From: Alphaproteobacteria bacterium
Lineage (GTDB): Bacteria; Pseudomonadota; Alphaproteobacteria; MPNO01
Direction of reading: 5' to 3'
NCBI GenBank assembly: GCA_964291675.2
Contig: OZ219865.1
Location: 960,001 to 1,024,000 of the forward strand
DNA length: 64,000 nucleotides
Under the pieces are notes generated by a model that worked only from the letters and a program-made list of their open reading frames with translations, was not told the DNA's origin and did not search any database. Positions 53,129 to 63,798 of the stretch are shown here, piece by piece. Each line of letters begins with the position of its first letter. The stretch's first letter is position 1. The position numbers and the translations under genes are program-made.

Positions 53129-53791
53129 TCAGCTTCCGAGCACCCGGCGCAGCAGCGGGATGGTTACCGGACGGCGTTCGGCAAGCGCCAGCCGGTCGGC
53201 CTCCGCGACCGTGCGGCGCGCCGCCTCGAGGCTCCGCTCCATGTGGCGCAGCAGGTACTCGACGGCCTCGCCGCGCACCTCGATCTGGCGGTCGCGGAAC
53301 AGCTTTCGCAGCACCGCGTCGATCAGCGCGTCGTCCGGCCGGCCGATCTCGACCGTCGGCGCCGCGCGCAGCCGCGACACCAGATCGGGCAGCCGGCCGC
53401 GCCAGTAGCCGGGCGCGACCCTGGCGGTCGCCAGCGCATGCCCGCCCGCCTCGGCCACGCGGTTGAGCGCGTGCAGCAGGAGAGCGTCGTCGGGCGCGGC
53501 ATCGATCCCCTCGACCGCCAGCGCGGCGCCGCCCACCGAGTCGAGATCGAGCCGTTTCGCGGCGACCGCGCGGGCGCCGGCGAGACGGCACCAGATATGG
53601 GCGAGATGGGTCTTGCCGCTCCCCTCCGGGCCGGCGAGAACGGCCAGCCGCCCGGGCCAGCGCGGCCACGCCTCGATCCACGCCAGCGCGGCGCGGTTGC
53701 AATCGGCGACCAGGAAGTCGTCCCGCCCGTAGGCCGGTTCTCCGTCGAGGGGAAGGGCGAGCTGCGCGCCGCGGCGCCGGTCACTCGCCAT
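53129..53791 (-). CDS. hda: DnaA regulatory inactivator HdaA
   Basis: QLALPL clamp-binding motif, [21 protein letters not shown]. Confidence 0.9.
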   Translation of the reverse strand: MASDRRRGAQLALPLDGEPAYGRDDFLVADCNRAALAWIEAWPRWPGRLAVLAGPEGSGKTHLAHIWCRLAGARAVAAKRLDLDSVGGAALAVEGIDAAPDDALLLHALNRVAEAGGHALATARVAPGYWRGRLPDLVSRLRAAPTVEIGRPDDALIDAVLRKLFRDRQIEVRGEAVEYLLRHMERSLEAARRTVAEADRLALAERRPVTIPLLRRVLGS

Positions 53792-54857
53792 CGGGCCCGC
53801 CGCCCGCGCCCAGATAGAGCCGGCTCGCGGTGTAGCGCGACAGCGCGAAGCGCACCAGCACGCCGATCGCCGCCGCCGCCGGCACCGCCAGCAGCACGCC
53901 GAGGAAACCGAACAGCGCGCCGCCGGCCAGGAGGGCGAAGATCATCCACACCGGGTGCAGCCCGACCCGGTCGCCGACCAGCTTGGGGGTCACGAAATTG
54001 CCTTCCACGATCTGGCCGACGACGAATATGGCGGCGACGATGGCGACCGGCTGCCAGGACTCGAACTGCGCCAGGGCGAGGCCGACCGAGGCGCAGAGCC
54101 CGACCAGCATGCCGAAATAGGGCACGAAGGAGATCAGCCCGGTGCCGAGCCCGACCACGACGCCGAACTCCAGCCCGGCGAGGGAGAGCGCCACGGCGTA
54201 GAACGTGCCGAGGCCGAGGCACACCAGCCCCTGCCCGCGCACGAACCCGGCCAGCGTGTCGTCGACCAGCCCGATCTGCTCGCGGATGGTGTCGGCATGG
54301 TCGCGCGGCAGCCAGCTATCGACCTTGGCAACGATCCGGTCCCAGTCGCGCAGCAGATAGAACGTGACGATCGGCGTGATGACGACCAGCGACAGCAGGT
54401 TCACCAAGGCGAGCCCGCCGCTCCAGATGCCGGAGACCAGGTCCCCGAGCCAGCCCACGGTCGCCTGCGCCAGGGTTCCCGCGGCCTCGCGGAGCTTGGC
54501 GATCGCGCTTTCGGGCAGGTTCGTCTGGATCATCGTCAGGGCGTCGCCCGCGACGACGCGCAGCATCTCCACATAGGCCGGGATGCGGCTTACGAAGCCG
54601 ATGAGCTGGGACTGGAGCAGCGGCACCAGGAGGATGAAGAACAGCGCCACGACGACCAGGAAGGCGACGGTGAGCGCGGTTGCCGCAAGCGTGCGGGAGA
54701 ACTTGCGCCGTTCCAGCCAGTCGGCCACCGGATCGAGGAAATAGGCCACCGCCATGCCGAGCACGAAGGGCAGCAGGATGCCGCGCAGCAGGTAGAGCGC
54801 GGCGACGAACCCCGCGAGCGCCAGCAGCCAGTACAGGGTTTGCCGCCGTGCCGTCAT
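53781..54857 (-). CDS. AI-2E/PerM family transporter
   Basis: AYFLDP, GFVRGQ, PKLVGDRVGLHP. Confidence 0.92.
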   Translation of the reverse strand: MTARRQTLYWLLALAGFVAALYLLRGILLPFVLGMAVAYFLDPVADWLERRKFSRTLAATALTVAFLVVVALFFILLVPLLQSQLIGFVSRIPAYVEMLRVVAGDALTMIQTNLPESAIAKLREAAGTLAQATVGWLGDLVSGIWSGGLALVNLLSLVVITPIVTFYLLRDWDRIVAKVDSWLPRDHADTIREQIGLVDDTLAGFVRGQGLVCLGLGTFYAVALSLAGLEFGVVVGLGTGLISFVPYFGMLVGLCASVGLALAQFESWQPVAIVAAIFVVGQIVEGNFVTPKLVGDRVGLHPVWMIFALLAGGALFGFLGVLLAVPAAAAIGVLVRFALSRYTASRLYLGAGGGPDGE

Positions 54858-55399
54858 CACCTTGTGTCGGCGCCGGCCACCTTGCGCGCCCAGGCCACCA
54901 GATACCAGCCGCCGGAGCCGACCGTGGTCGCGGTCACCGCGTATTGCGCGAGCTCGATCGCCCCGGATAGCCGCATCGCGGACCCGGCCTGCGCCAGCAC
55001 CGCCGCCGCCAGGAAGATCTGCACCCCCGTGTTGACCTTGCTCGCCAGGACCGGGCGTGCCTCCCAATGCCGGCGCAGGACCAGCAGCAGCAGCACCCCG
55101 CCGACGATCAGCACGTCGCGGAACACCACCAGGATGACGACGAAATCGTCGATCAGCCCGCGCATGCCGAGCGTCACGTAGACGCTGACGATCAGCGCCT
55201 TGTCGGCCAGCGGGTCGAGATAGACGCCAAGCGTCGTGGTCTGGTCGAGCGCCTTGGCGAGATACCCGTCGAGGGCGTCCGACGCGCCCGCCAGCAGGAA
55301 CAGCGCGAACGCCCAGCCATAGGACTCGTTCAGGATCAGGTAGATGATCAGCGGAACCGAGAGCAGCCTGGAGAGGGTGATCAGGTTGGGGATGCTCAC
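54857..55399 (-). CDS. CDP-alcohol phosphatidyltransferase
   Basis: IPNLITLSR, SDALDGYLAK...LG.YLDPLADK. Confidence 0.92.
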   Translation of the reverse strand: MSIPNLITLSRLLSVPLIIYLILNESYGWAFALFLLAGASDALDGYLAKALDQTTTLGVYLDPLADKALIVSVYVTLGMRGLIDDFVVILVVFRDVLIVGGVLLLLVLRRHWEARPVLASKVNTGVQIFLAAAVLAQAGSAMRLSGAIELAQYAVTATTVGSGGWYLVAWARKVAGADTR

Positions 55400-56538
55400 C
55401 GCTCCGACCCCGCGGCTCCATTTGCCCCGGCCCCGCCGTCCCGCTGGCGCCGCAGCACCCAGCGCCCGGCGCGGCGGTCCAGAACCAGATCGTTGCGCCG
55501 CAGCGCCGCCCGGAACCCCGCGATATCGCCGAAATAGCGCAGACGCACGTCGACCGCGCCGCGCGACAGCGCAAGCACCCTTGTGCCGTCGCTGGACGGC
55601 GTGTCGGCGAGCGCCCGCGAGATCGCCACCCATTCGTCGAGCCCCGACACCGGCACCGCGGCGTCGATCTGCCCTTCGCGGTCGAACAGCAGCAGATTCT
55701 CGGACTTCCAGGCCTCCTGTATCCGCCGCGCGGTGCGCGCCGCCGCCGCGCGGTACCGCTCGCCCTCCGTCGCGGCGGGATCGACCGGGTGGGTCTCGGC
55801 GAGGGTCCGCTTCCCGCCGTCCGCGCCAAAGGTCGCGACCGAGACCCGGATCGCCTCCGGCGCGCCCCCGACGCGACGCTCCGACGCGACCGCCACGGCA
55901 ACCGACTCCGCCCCGTAGCGCCCGGCGATCGCGCGCAGCCGCGCCGGTTCGCCCGCCACGGCCTGGCGCGCGCTGATGTCCCTGAGGTCCTGCAAATCGC
56001 CCGCCGGGGAGACCAGCGGCACCAGCTCGCCCGCGCGCGGCAGGCCGGCCCATGCTTCGCGCCACGGGTTGGGCCGGTCCCACAGCAGATACGTCCCCGC
56101 GCTCCGCAGCACCGGCAGCACGAGGACCGGCCTCGATCTGGCCACCGCGAACGGCACCCCGCCGGCGCGCAGGAAGCGGCGCAGCGCCGTCCGGTCGAAG
56201 CGGAAGGTCAGCCGCGCGAGGTAGCGCACCCGGGAGGTCTTCTCGCCGCCGACCTCGAAGCTCTGGACCAGGGGCGCGATCGCGGCGGGGTCGAGCCGCG
56301 GCACCCCGGCAACCCGGCCGGCGGGCACGATCCGCGCGATCAGCCGGCGGAAGGCGACGGAGTGCCCCCTGGCGAGCGCCCGTTCGCGCGCCGCGGTGGC
56401 ATTCGCGGCGGTCGCGTCGACGGCCACGTCGCGGACCAGGAACACCTCGGCGTCGCTCGCGGCGGCGCGACCGGACGCGGCCGGGGCGGCGCAGGCCAAC
56501 AGCGCGGCCGCGGCCGCCATCGCCCACCGCCGGCGCAT
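55396..56538 (-). CDS. DUF2066 family exported protein
   Basis: Signal peptide, V.VDATA.NA.AARE.A, NPWREAW; conserved position opposite purM. Confidence 0.78.
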   Translation of the reverse strand: MRRRWAMAAAAALLACAAPAASGRAAASDAEVFLVRDVAVDATAANATAARERALARGHSVAFRRLIARIVPAGRVAGVPRLDPAAIAPLVQSFEVGGEKTSRVRYLARLTFRFDRTALRRFLRAGGVPFAVARSRPVLVLPVLRSAGTYLLWDRPNPWREAWAGLPRAGELVPLVSPAGDLQDLRDISARQAVAGEPARLRAIAGRYGAESVAVAVASERRVGGAPEAIRVSVATFGADGGKRTLAETHPVDPAATEGERYRAAAARTARRIQEAWKSENLLLFDREGQIDAAVPVSGLDEWVAISRALADTPSSDGTRVLALSRGAVDVRLRYFGDIAGFRAALRRNDLVLDRRAGRWVLRRQRDGGAGANGAAGSER

Positions 56539-56604
56539 TCCACTACCCTGTCTCGGAGGTCCCAGCATTGAAAACGGCTGCCGATCGTCTATCCTCGTGA
56601 GGCG

Positions 56605-57729
56605 GTGAGCCCGGCCCGGGACGGCCTGCCGGCCGCAGTTTACCACTCCAGCTCTCGCGGGGCAGTCATCAACCGTTCAGCATATGGTGAGGCGGGTGTC
56701 GACATCCCTGCGGCTTCCCGCCTCGTGGACGCGATCCGTCCCCTGGCGCGGTCCACCGCGCGGCCCGGCGCGATGGGCGAAATCGGCGGGTTCGGCGGGC
56801 TGTTCGACCCGCGCGCGGCAGGCTTTTCGGACCCGGTCCTGGTCGCCGCCACCGACGGCGTGGGAACCAAGCTCCGCATCGCGATCGACTGCGGGCGGCA
56901 CGAGACCGTCGGCATCGACCTGGTCGCCATGTGCGTCAACGACATCGTCGTCCAGGGCGCCGAGCCGCTGTTCTTTCTCGACTACTTCGCCACGGGATTG
57001 CTGGATCCCGGCATCGCCGCGACGGTGGTCGAGGGCATCGTGCGGGGCTGCGCGGAGGCCGGCTGCAGCCTGATCGGCGGCGAGACGGCCGAGATGCCGG
57101 GCCACTACGCCGAGGGCGAGTACGATCTCGCCGGGTTCGCGGTCGGCGCGGCGGAGCGCGGCACCCTGCTCACCGGCGAGAACATCCGCGAAGGCCACCT
57201 TGTCCTCGGCCTCGCCTCGTCCGGCGTCCATGCCAACGGCTTCTCCCTGGTCAGACGGATCGTCGGCGCGGCGGGGCTTGCCTGGACCGACGATGCCCCG
57301 TTCGCCGACGGGCCGCTCGGCGCCGCCTTGCTGACGCCGACCCGGCTCTACGTATCCGCCGCGCTCGCCGCCCACCGCGTGGGTCTGGTGGATGGATTCG
57401 CGCATATCACCGGCGGCGGGCTGACCGGCAATATCGGCCGCGTCCTGCCCGCCGGGCTCGCCGCGGAGATCGATGCCGGAAGCTGGCCGCTGCCCGGGGT
57501 GTTCGCCTGGCTGGCGGAGGCGGGCGGGCTGGCTCCGGCGGATCTGGCGGACACCTTCAACTGCGGCATCGGCCTGGTCGCCGCGGTCGCCGCCGACCGG
57601 GCGGCGGCGGCGCGGCAGGCGTTCGAGGCGCATGGACAACAGGTCCACGAGATAGGCCGCGTCGTGCAGCGCACCCCCGACCTGCCGGCGGTCCTGATGC
57701 CGGGTCGCGAGGCAGCGTGGCGCGGCTGA
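56605..57729 (+). CDS. purM: phosphoribosylformylglycinamidine cyclo-ligase
   Basis: [41 protein letters not shown]; start uncertain. Confidence 0.95.
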   Translation: MSPARDGLPAAVYHSSSRGAVINRSAYGEAGVDIPAASRLVDAIRPLARSTARPGAMGEIGGFGGLFDPRAAGFSDPVLVAATDGVGTKLRIAIDCGRHETVGIDLVAMCVNDIVVQGAEPLFFLDYFATGLLDPGIAATVVEGIVRGCAEAGCSLIGGETAEMPGHYAEGEYDLAGFAVGAAERGTLLTGENIREGHLVLGLASSGVHANGFSLVRRIVGAAGLAWTDDAPFADGPLGAALLTPTRLYVSAALAAHRVGLVDGFAHITGGGLTGNIGRVLPAGLAAEIDAGSWPLPGVFAWLAEAGGLAPADLADTFNCGIGLVAAVAADRAAAARQAFEAHGQQVHEIGRVVQRTPDLPAVLMPGREAAWRG

Positions 57730-58379
57730 AGCTGGCGGTGCTGGTCTCGGGGCGCGGCAGCAATCTGCAAGCCCTGATCGACGCCTGCGCCGAGGACGGC
57801 TACCCGGCCGAAATCGTGCTTGCGATCTCGAACGAGCCCGGCGCGGCGGGGCTGGAGCGGGCGCGCCGCGCCGGGATCCCGGCCGGGATCGTCGATCACC
57901 GCGACTACCCCGACCGCGAGGCCTTCGAGCGCGCGCTCGACCGGGCGCTCGCCGGGGCCGATGCCGGGCTGGTCTGCCTCGCCGGGTTCATGCGATTGCT
58001 GACGCCATGGTTCGTAGAGCGCTGGCACGACCGGCTGATCAACATTCATCCCTCGCTGCTGCCCGCCTTCCCCGGCCTCGACACCCATGAACGGGCGCTC
58101 GCGGCCGGGGTGCGGGTCGCCGGCTGCACCGTCCATTTCGTCCGCCCGGAGATGGATCGCGGCCCGATCGTCGTGCAGGCCGCGGTGGCGGTCGAGGACG
58201 GCGACGATGCGGCCGGCCTCGCCGCGCGCGTGCTCGCCGCCGAGCACCGCTGCCTGCCGCTCGCTGTCCGGCTGATCGCCGAAGGCCGGGTCAGGGTCGT
58301 GGGCGAGCGCTGCGAGATCGCCGGCGCGGCCGGGCCCTCGCCGCCGCTGATATCGCCGTCAGCGTCCGGTTGCGGCTGA
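57717..58379 (+). CDS. purN: phosphoribosylglycinamide formyltransferase
   Basis: [28 protein letters not shown]. Confidence 0.96.
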   Translation: MARLKLAVLVSGRGSNLQALIDACAEDGYPAEIVLAISNEPGAAGLERARRAGIPAGIVDHRDYPDREAFERALDRALAGADAGLVCLAGFMRLLTPWFVERWHDRLINIHPSLLPAFPGLDTHERALAAGVRVAGCTVHFVRPEMDRGPIVVQAAVAVEDGDDAAGLAARVLAAEHRCLPLAVRLIAEGRVRVVGERCEIAGAAGPSPPLISPSASGCG

Positions 58380-58446
58380 CGTCTTCCGTTGGCGGGCGGA
58401 GTGGGATATAGCTTCGCCCGGCGCAGCGACCGCGGAGAGGATCGGA

Positions 58447-58575
58447 ATGGCTTTCGACATCGAACAGGAAAACGCCCGCCACACGGCGGGGTGGAAGGGC
58501 TTCGTGCTGTTCACATTCTTGTCGACGGCCGCGGTGATACTGGCGCTGGCGCTGATGGCGCTGTTCCTGCTCTGA
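58447..58575 (+). CDS. aa3-type cytochrome c oxidase subunit IV-like small protein
   Basis: MAFDIEQENARHTAGWKGFVLFTFLSTAAVILALALMALFLL; H..(T/G)W.GF plus single TM pattern; GGAGAGG RBS. Confidence 0.75.
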   Translation: MAFDIEQENARHTAGWKGFVLFTFLSTAAVILALALMALFLL

Positions 58576-58591
58576 GCCGGCCCGTCGGGGC

Positions 58592-59014
58592 TCACCCGAC
58601 GATATCGCACTCGGAGAAGAAGAAGCCGATCTCGGTGGCGGCGGTCTCCGCCGAATCGGAGCCGTGCACCGAGTTCGCCTCGATCGACTCCCCGAACGCC
58701 TTGCGGATCGTGCCGTCGGCCGCGTTGGCCGGGTTGGTCGCCCCCATGACTTCGCGGTTGGCGGCGATCGCGTCCTCGCCTTCGAGGACCTGTACGACCA
58801 CCGGGCCCGATACCATGAATTCGCACAAATCGTCGAAGAACGCCCGGCTCCGGTGGACCGCGTAGAACTGCCTCGCCTGCTCCGGCGACAGCCTGAGCCG
58901 CCGCTGCGCCACGATCCTGAGCCCCGCCTCCTCGAGCCGGGTGTTGATCTGTCCGGTCAGGTTTCGCCGCGTCGCGTCGGGCTTGATGATCGAGAGCGTG
59001 CGTTCGACAGCCAT
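58592..59014 (-). CDS. ndk: nucleoside diphosphate kinase
   Basis: [25 protein letters not shown]. Confidence 0.97.
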   Translation of the reverse strand: MAVERTLSIIKPDATRRNLTGQINTRLEEAGLRIVAQRRLRLSPEQARQFYAVHRSRAFFDDLCEFMVSGPVVVQVLEGEDAIAANREVMGATNPANAADGTIRKAFGESIEANSVHGSDSAETAATEIGFFFSECDIVG

Positions 59015-59081
59015 TTCGGAATGTCCCCTGGAGCGGTGGCGCGGCTGTATATCCGCATCCCGAGGATGCGGCAACCGGGCT

Positions 59082-59531
59082 TCAGTCTTTCTCCTCCCAG
59101 CTTCCCGACGGCGTCTGCTGCCAATAGGTCAGGCGGTGACCGTCGGCGGCGTAGGACTTCCAATGCGCCCGCGCCGCCCGCACGGCCTCGTCGTCGTTGC
59201 CGTCGAACATCTCCAGGCACCTTGCGTAGTCGCCGACCCGCCCCGAGACCGCGCCGTCGGTGAGGACCAGAATGCTGGCGCCGTTGGGATTCTCGTCCGC
59301 ATGGGTGATCCAGATCGGCTGGTCCTCGGGATTGCCGTCGCGCGCCGTGCCGTGCGGCAGGAAGCTGTCCTGGTCGTAGGTCCACAGCATCGCGTCCAGC
59401 GCCCCGGTGCGCTCCTCGGAGCCGGTGATCACGACGGCGCGCGCGCCGCTCGCATAAACCTTCTCCAGCAGCCGCGGCAGGGCCTGGGCCAGCGTGCTGC
59501 GGGTCAGGTGGTAGAAGCCGATATCGGTCAC
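59082..59531 (-). CDS. holC: DNA polymerase III subunit chi
   Basis: FYHLTRS, LWTY..DSFLPHG, AR..WK, YWQQ. Confidence 0.93.
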   Translation of the reverse strand: MTDIGFYHLTRSTLAQALPRLLEKVYASGARAVVITGSEERTGALDAMLWTYDQDSFLPHGTARDGNPEDQPIWITHADENPNGASILVLTDGAVSGRVGDYARCLEMFDGNDDEAVRAARAHWKSYAADGHRLTYWQQTPSGSWEEKD

Positions 59532-59539
59532 CCGGGCTC

Positions 59540-59807
59540 AGCCCGCATTTCTCGCCCCTGTCACGGCCTGCGTCGCGCCCGGGCGTTCGTCCCGCCAGGA
59601 GCGGGCCGAAGAGCGTATCGGGCAATACGGTCGAGGCCCGCGACGCAGCGGGCGGGCGCCCGGGCGCGACCCTTCGGGCGGCGCTGTCCGGCCGACAGGG
59701 TGCGTCGTGGCGCTTGCCCGATGTCCCGGCATCGCGCCGCGCGCCTCTGCCGCCCTGTCGGCCGGACAGCGCCGCGCAGGCCATGACAGGGGCGAGACAT
59801 GCGGGCT
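59540..59807. repeat. 268-bp cruciform MITE-like element
   Basis: 33-bp TIR (31/33) enclosing perfect 14-bp and 23-bp inner inverted repeats. Confidence 0.85.
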
Positions 59808-61305
59808 AGCCCTCGTAATGCTCCCGCACCAGCCGGTCGAGCAGCCTGACGCCGAACCCGGTGCCGCCCTTTGGCACGGTCGGCGCGTGCTTCTTCGACC
59901 AGGTGACGCCGGCGATGTCGAGATGGGCCCAGGGCGTCCCCTCCTTGACGAAGCGCTGGAGGAACTGGGCGGCGGTGATCGACCCGCCTTCGCGCCCGCC
60001 CACGTTCTTCATGTCGGCGATGTCGGAGTCGATCTGCCGGTCATAGGCGTCGCCCAGCGGCATCCGCCATAGCGGCTCGCCGACCGCGCCGCCGGCCGAA
60101 ACCAGGCGCTCGGCCAGCGTGTCGTCATTGGCGAACAACCCGGCATTCTCGTGTCCCAGCGCCATGATTATCGACCCGGTCAGCGTGGCCAGGTCGACAA
60201 TCGCGCTCGGCCGGTGTTTCTGCTGGCAGTACCAGAACACGTCGCACAGCACGAGCCGCCCCTCGGCGTCGGTGTTGATGACCTCCACCGTCTGGCCCGA
60301 CATCGAGGTCACCACGTCGCCCGGCCGCTGGGCGGTCGCGGACGGCATGTTCTCGACCAGCCCGATCATCCCCACCGCGTTGACCCTGGCCTTGCGCCCG
60401 GCGAGCGCGCGCATCAGCCCGATCACCACGCCGGCGCCGCCCATGTCCCACTTCATGTCCTCCATGCCGCCGGACGGCTTGATCGAGATCCCGCCGGTAT
60501 CGAAGGTCACGCCCTTGCCGACGAAGGCGATGGGCTGCTTGTCCTTCGCCCCGGGCGCGCCGTTCCAGCGCATGGTCACCAGCCTGGGCGCCTGCGCGCT
60601 GCCCTGGGCGACGCCGAGCAGCGCGCCCATGCCGAGCCTGGCCATCCGCTTCTCGTCGAGGATCTCGACCTCCACCCCGTGCTCGGTCAACGCCTTGGCC
60701 CGTTCGGCGAGGCTCGCCGGAAAGATCACGTTGGCCGGTTCGGACACCAGGTCGCGGGTCAGGAACACCCCCTCCGCCACCTCGCCGAGCGGCCGGAAGG
60801 CGGCGCGCGCCCGCGCGTGCTCGGCGGCGGTCACCGTCAGCCGCTTGAGGCTGGGCTTGTCGTCCGCCTTCTCCTTGGTGCGGTACTTGTCGAAACGGTA
60901 GCCGCGCAGCAGCGCGCCGTAGCCGATATTGGCGGCCAGTTGGGCTTCGTCGAGCGGCGCGTCGGGCACCGCGTCGAGCGCGACCGTGACCGCGCTGTCC
61001 CCGCTCTTTTCCAGCGTGGCGACGATCGTCCCGCCGGCCGCCTGCGCGGCGCGGGCATCGATTCCGTCCGCCTTGCCGAGCCCGACCAGCACCACCCGGC
61101 TCGCAGCCAGGCCGGGAGGCGCGTTGACGACCAGCGTCTGGTTGGACTTGCCGGTGAAGCGGCTCGATCCGATGGCCCGCGACAGCGCCCCGCCGGCGGC
61201 CTCGTCGACGCTGCCCGCCGTCGCTCCGAGATTCCCCCCTTCGAGCACGCCCACCGCGAGGGCGCCGCTGCGCGGAAGTTTCGGGGATGCGAAGCTGATC
61301 TTCAT
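59806..61305 (-). CDS. pepA: leucyl aminopeptidase
   Basis: VGKGVTFDTGGISIK, MKWDMGGA, NTDAEGRL, HLDIAG. Confidence 0.97.
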   Translation of the reverse strand: MKISFASPKLPRSGALAVGVLEGGNLGATAGSVDEAAGGALSRAIGSSRFTGKSNQTLVVNAPPGLAASRVVLVGLGKADGIDARAAQAAGGTIVATLEKSGDSAVTVALDAVPDAPLDEAQLAANIGYGALLRGYRFDKYRTKEKADDKPSLKRLTVTAAEHARARAAFRPLGEVAEGVFLTRDLVSEPANVIFPASLAERAKALTEHGVEVEILDEKRMARLGMGALLGVAQGSAQAPRLVTMRWNGAPGAKDKQPIAFVGKGVTFDTGGISIKPSGGMEDMKWDMGGAGVVIGLMRALAGRKARVNAVGMIGLVENMPSATAQRPGDVVTSMSGQTVEVINTDAEGRLVLCDVFWYCQQKHRPSAIVDLATLTGSIIMALGHENAGLFANDDTLAERLVSAGGAVGEPLWRMPLGDAYDRQIDSDIADMKNVGGREGGSITAAQFLQRFVKEGTPWAHLDIAGVTWSKKHAPTVPKGGTGFGVRLLDRLVREHYEG

Positions 61306-61521
61306 GAGCGTTCTCCCTATCGCCGGGCCGGACACCGAGGGGCGTCGCCGGCAGGGCAAACTTACGAAGCCCGCCATTTCGCCACAACCGCCCCGCCGCG
61401 GGACTCCCTCGCGACCGACGCCGGTCACTGTCAAATGGACAGGGTTTCCGCCGGGAGGCTATAAACGGGTTGCTCTCGCTGGCCGGCCCGACGGCCTCAA
61501 CCTGTCATTGCGAACTGGTCG

Positions 61522-62772
61522 ATGCGTCTGATTTCCGCCCTTTTCCTGGCAGCGACGGTTGGATTGGCGCCGCACGCCGATGCCCAGTCGGTGCAGCGGA
61601 TCGCCGCGGTCGTCAATGACGAGGTCGTCTCGGTGCGCGATCTGCGGGATCGCGTGCGTCTGGTCCTGTTCCTGTCCGGGATCAGGGACACGAGCGAAGC
61701 GCGGCGGCGGATCGCCAACCAGGTGCTGCGCACCATGGTCGACGAGCGCCTTCAGCTCCAGGAGGCGAAGAAGCGCGGCGTGTCGGTCTCCGGCAACGAG
61801 GTCGCGCTGGCCTTGGCGGAAATGGAGCGGGCGAACCGCATGGCGCCCGGCGGCCTGTCGTCGGTGCTGGCGGAGAACCGGGTGAGCCTGGGGTCGCTGC
61901 GCGCTCAATTCCGCGCCCGGATCGCCTGGTCCAAGCTGGTGGGGCGTCGCCTCGCCCCGCGCATCGATATCGGCGTCGAGGAGGTGACGGCGGCTCTGGC
62001 GCGGCTGGAGGCGTCGCGAGGCGAGGAGGCCTATCGTCTCGGCGAGATCCTGCTTCCGGTCAACCGGAGCGACGACGAGGCCGCGGTGCGCAACGCCGCC
62101 GGGCGCATGGTGGCGCAGATCCGCGAGGGCGCCCGCTTCGCCGCCCTGGCGCGACAATTCTCCCGCACGGCGACGGCCGCGGTGGGCGGAGATCTGGGCT
62201 GGGCCGCGCGCTCGGAGCTCGATCCCGCCGTCGCCGCCGCGGTCGCGGGTCTGGCGCCGGGCGAGGTGCTGGATCCGGTTCGGACGGTGTCGGGCTTCCG
62301 CATTCTCACGCTGATAGAACGACGCGACGCCGCCGGTCCGGGAGAGGCCGCGCTCGATCTGCGGCAGATCTTCGTTCCGCTGGCGGACGGCGCGAAGCCG
62401 GCGCGGGTCGCGGCGCGCCTCGAACAGGCGGCGTCGGCGGCCCGCGTGATCGACGGCTGCGCGGATCTCGAGGCCGTGGCGGAGGCCCTCGGCGCGGGCG
62501 CCCCGCGGGAGCTGGGTAAGCTCAAGCCGAGCGAGCTCTCGGCCGCGATCCGCAAGAACATCGCCGGGGTCGGGGTCGGACAGGCGGGCGCGCCGATCAG
62601 GATGAAGGGCGGGATCGCCTTGATCGCGGTGTGCGGCCGAATCGAGCCCCGGTCCACATCGCCCGACCGGGAGAGCGTGCTGCGAAGGCTGCGCGACCGG
62701 CGGCTCAACCTCGCGGCGCAGCGCTATCTCAGGGATCTCCGCAGCGCCGCCATCGTCGATATCCGCATCTAG
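61522..62772 (+). CDS. surA: SurA-like peptidylprolyl isomerase/chaperone
   Basis: Signal peptide, [32 protein letters not shown]. Confidence 0.88.
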   Translation: MRLISALFLAATVGLAPHADAQSVQRIAAVVNDEVVSVRDLRDRVRLVLFLSGIRDTSEARRRIANQVLRTMVDERLQLQEAKKRGVSVSGNEVALALAEMERANRMAPGGLSSVLAENRVSLGSLRAQFRARIAWSKLVGRRLAPRIDIGVEEVTAALARLEASRGEEAYRLGEILLPVNRSDDEAAVRNAAGRMVAQIREGARFAALARQFSRTATAAVGGDLGWAARSELDPAVAAAVAGLAPGEVLDPVRTVSGFRILTLIERRDAAGPGEAALDLRQIFVPLADGAKPARVAARLEQAASAARVIDGCADLEAVAEALGAGAPRELGKLKPSELSAAIRKNIAGVGVGQAGAPIRMKGGIALIAVCGRIEPRSTSPDRESVLRRLRDRRLNLAAQRYLRDLRSAAIVDIRI

Positions 62773-62787
62773 GCCGGGAGCGGCGGA

Positions 62788-63798
62788 ATGCAGCCTCTCG
62801 CGCTGACCATGGGAGAGTGCGCGGGGGTGGGCGCCGAGATCGCGCTGCAGGCGTGGACCCGGCGCGGCGAAGCGGGTGTCCCGCCGTTCGCGTTTCTCGG
62901 CGGCGAACGCCATGCCAGGGCGCTCGCCGCCGCGCTCGGGCTCGATGTCCCGGTCGTCGCGGTGAAGCGGGCGGCCGACGCGGAAGCGGTGTTCGCGGAT
63001 GCCTTCCCCGTCCTGCCGGTCGCCGTCCCGTCCCCCCCGGTGGGCGGCAGGCCGGACCCGGCCAACGCGCCCGCCGTGGTCGCCGCGATCGACCGCGCGG
63101 TCTCGCTGGCGCTTTCGGGCGAGGTCGCCGCGGTGGTCACCAATCCGATCGACAAGGCGGTGCTCTACCGCAGCGGGTTCGACCACCCGGGCCATACCGA
63201 GTACCTCGCCGCGCGCTGCGGCATCCAGGCGGCGCCGGTGATGATGCTGGTCAGCGACAGGCTCCGCGTCGTGCCGGTGACCGTCCACCTGGCGCTGGCG
63301 GAGGCGGCGAGGGCGCTGACCGCGGATGCGGTGATCCATTGCGGGCGCGTCGCCGCCGAGCGGCTTGCCGCGGATTTCGGCATCGCCGCGCCGCGGCTGG
63401 CGGTCGCCGGGCTCAACCCGCATGCCGGCGAGGGCGGCCATATGGGGCGCGAGGAGATCGAGATCGTCGCCCCGGCGGTCGAAGCCCTGCGCCGCGACGG
63501 GATCGCCGTCAGCGGGCCGGCGCCGGCCGATACGCTGTTCCACGACCGGGCGCGCCGGAACTACGATGCGGCGCTCTGCATGTACCACGACCAGGCGCTG
63601 ATCCCGATCAAGACGCTCGATTTCGACGCCGCGGTGAACGTCACGCTCGGCCTGCCGATCGTGCGCACCTCGCCCGACCACGGCACCGCCTACGACATCG
63701 CCGGCACCGGAACCGCCCGCCCCGACAGCCTGATCGCCGCGCTCAGGCTCGCCGCGCGGATGGCCGAGACGCGGGCGCGGAAGCCGGGACGGCGTTGA
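62788..63798 (+). CDS. pdxA: 4-hydroxythreonine-4-phosphate dehydrogenase
   Basis: [29 protein letters not shown]. Confidence 0.96.
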   Translation: MQPLALTMGECAGVGAEIALQAWTRRGEAGVPPFAFLGGERHARALAAALGLDVPVVAVKRAADAEAVFADAFPVLPVAVPSPPVGGRPDPANAPAVVAAIDRAVSLALSGEVAAVVTNPIDKAVLYRSGFDHPGHTEYLAARCGIQAAPVMMLVSDRLRVVPVTVHLALAEAARALTADAVIHCGRVAAERLAADFGIAAPRLAVAGLNPHAGEGGHMGREEIEIVAPAVEALRRDGIAVSGPAPADTLFHDRARRNYDAALCMYHDQALIPIKTLDFDAAVNVTLGLPIVRTSPDHGTAYDIAGTGTARPDSLIAALRLAARMAETRARKPGRR

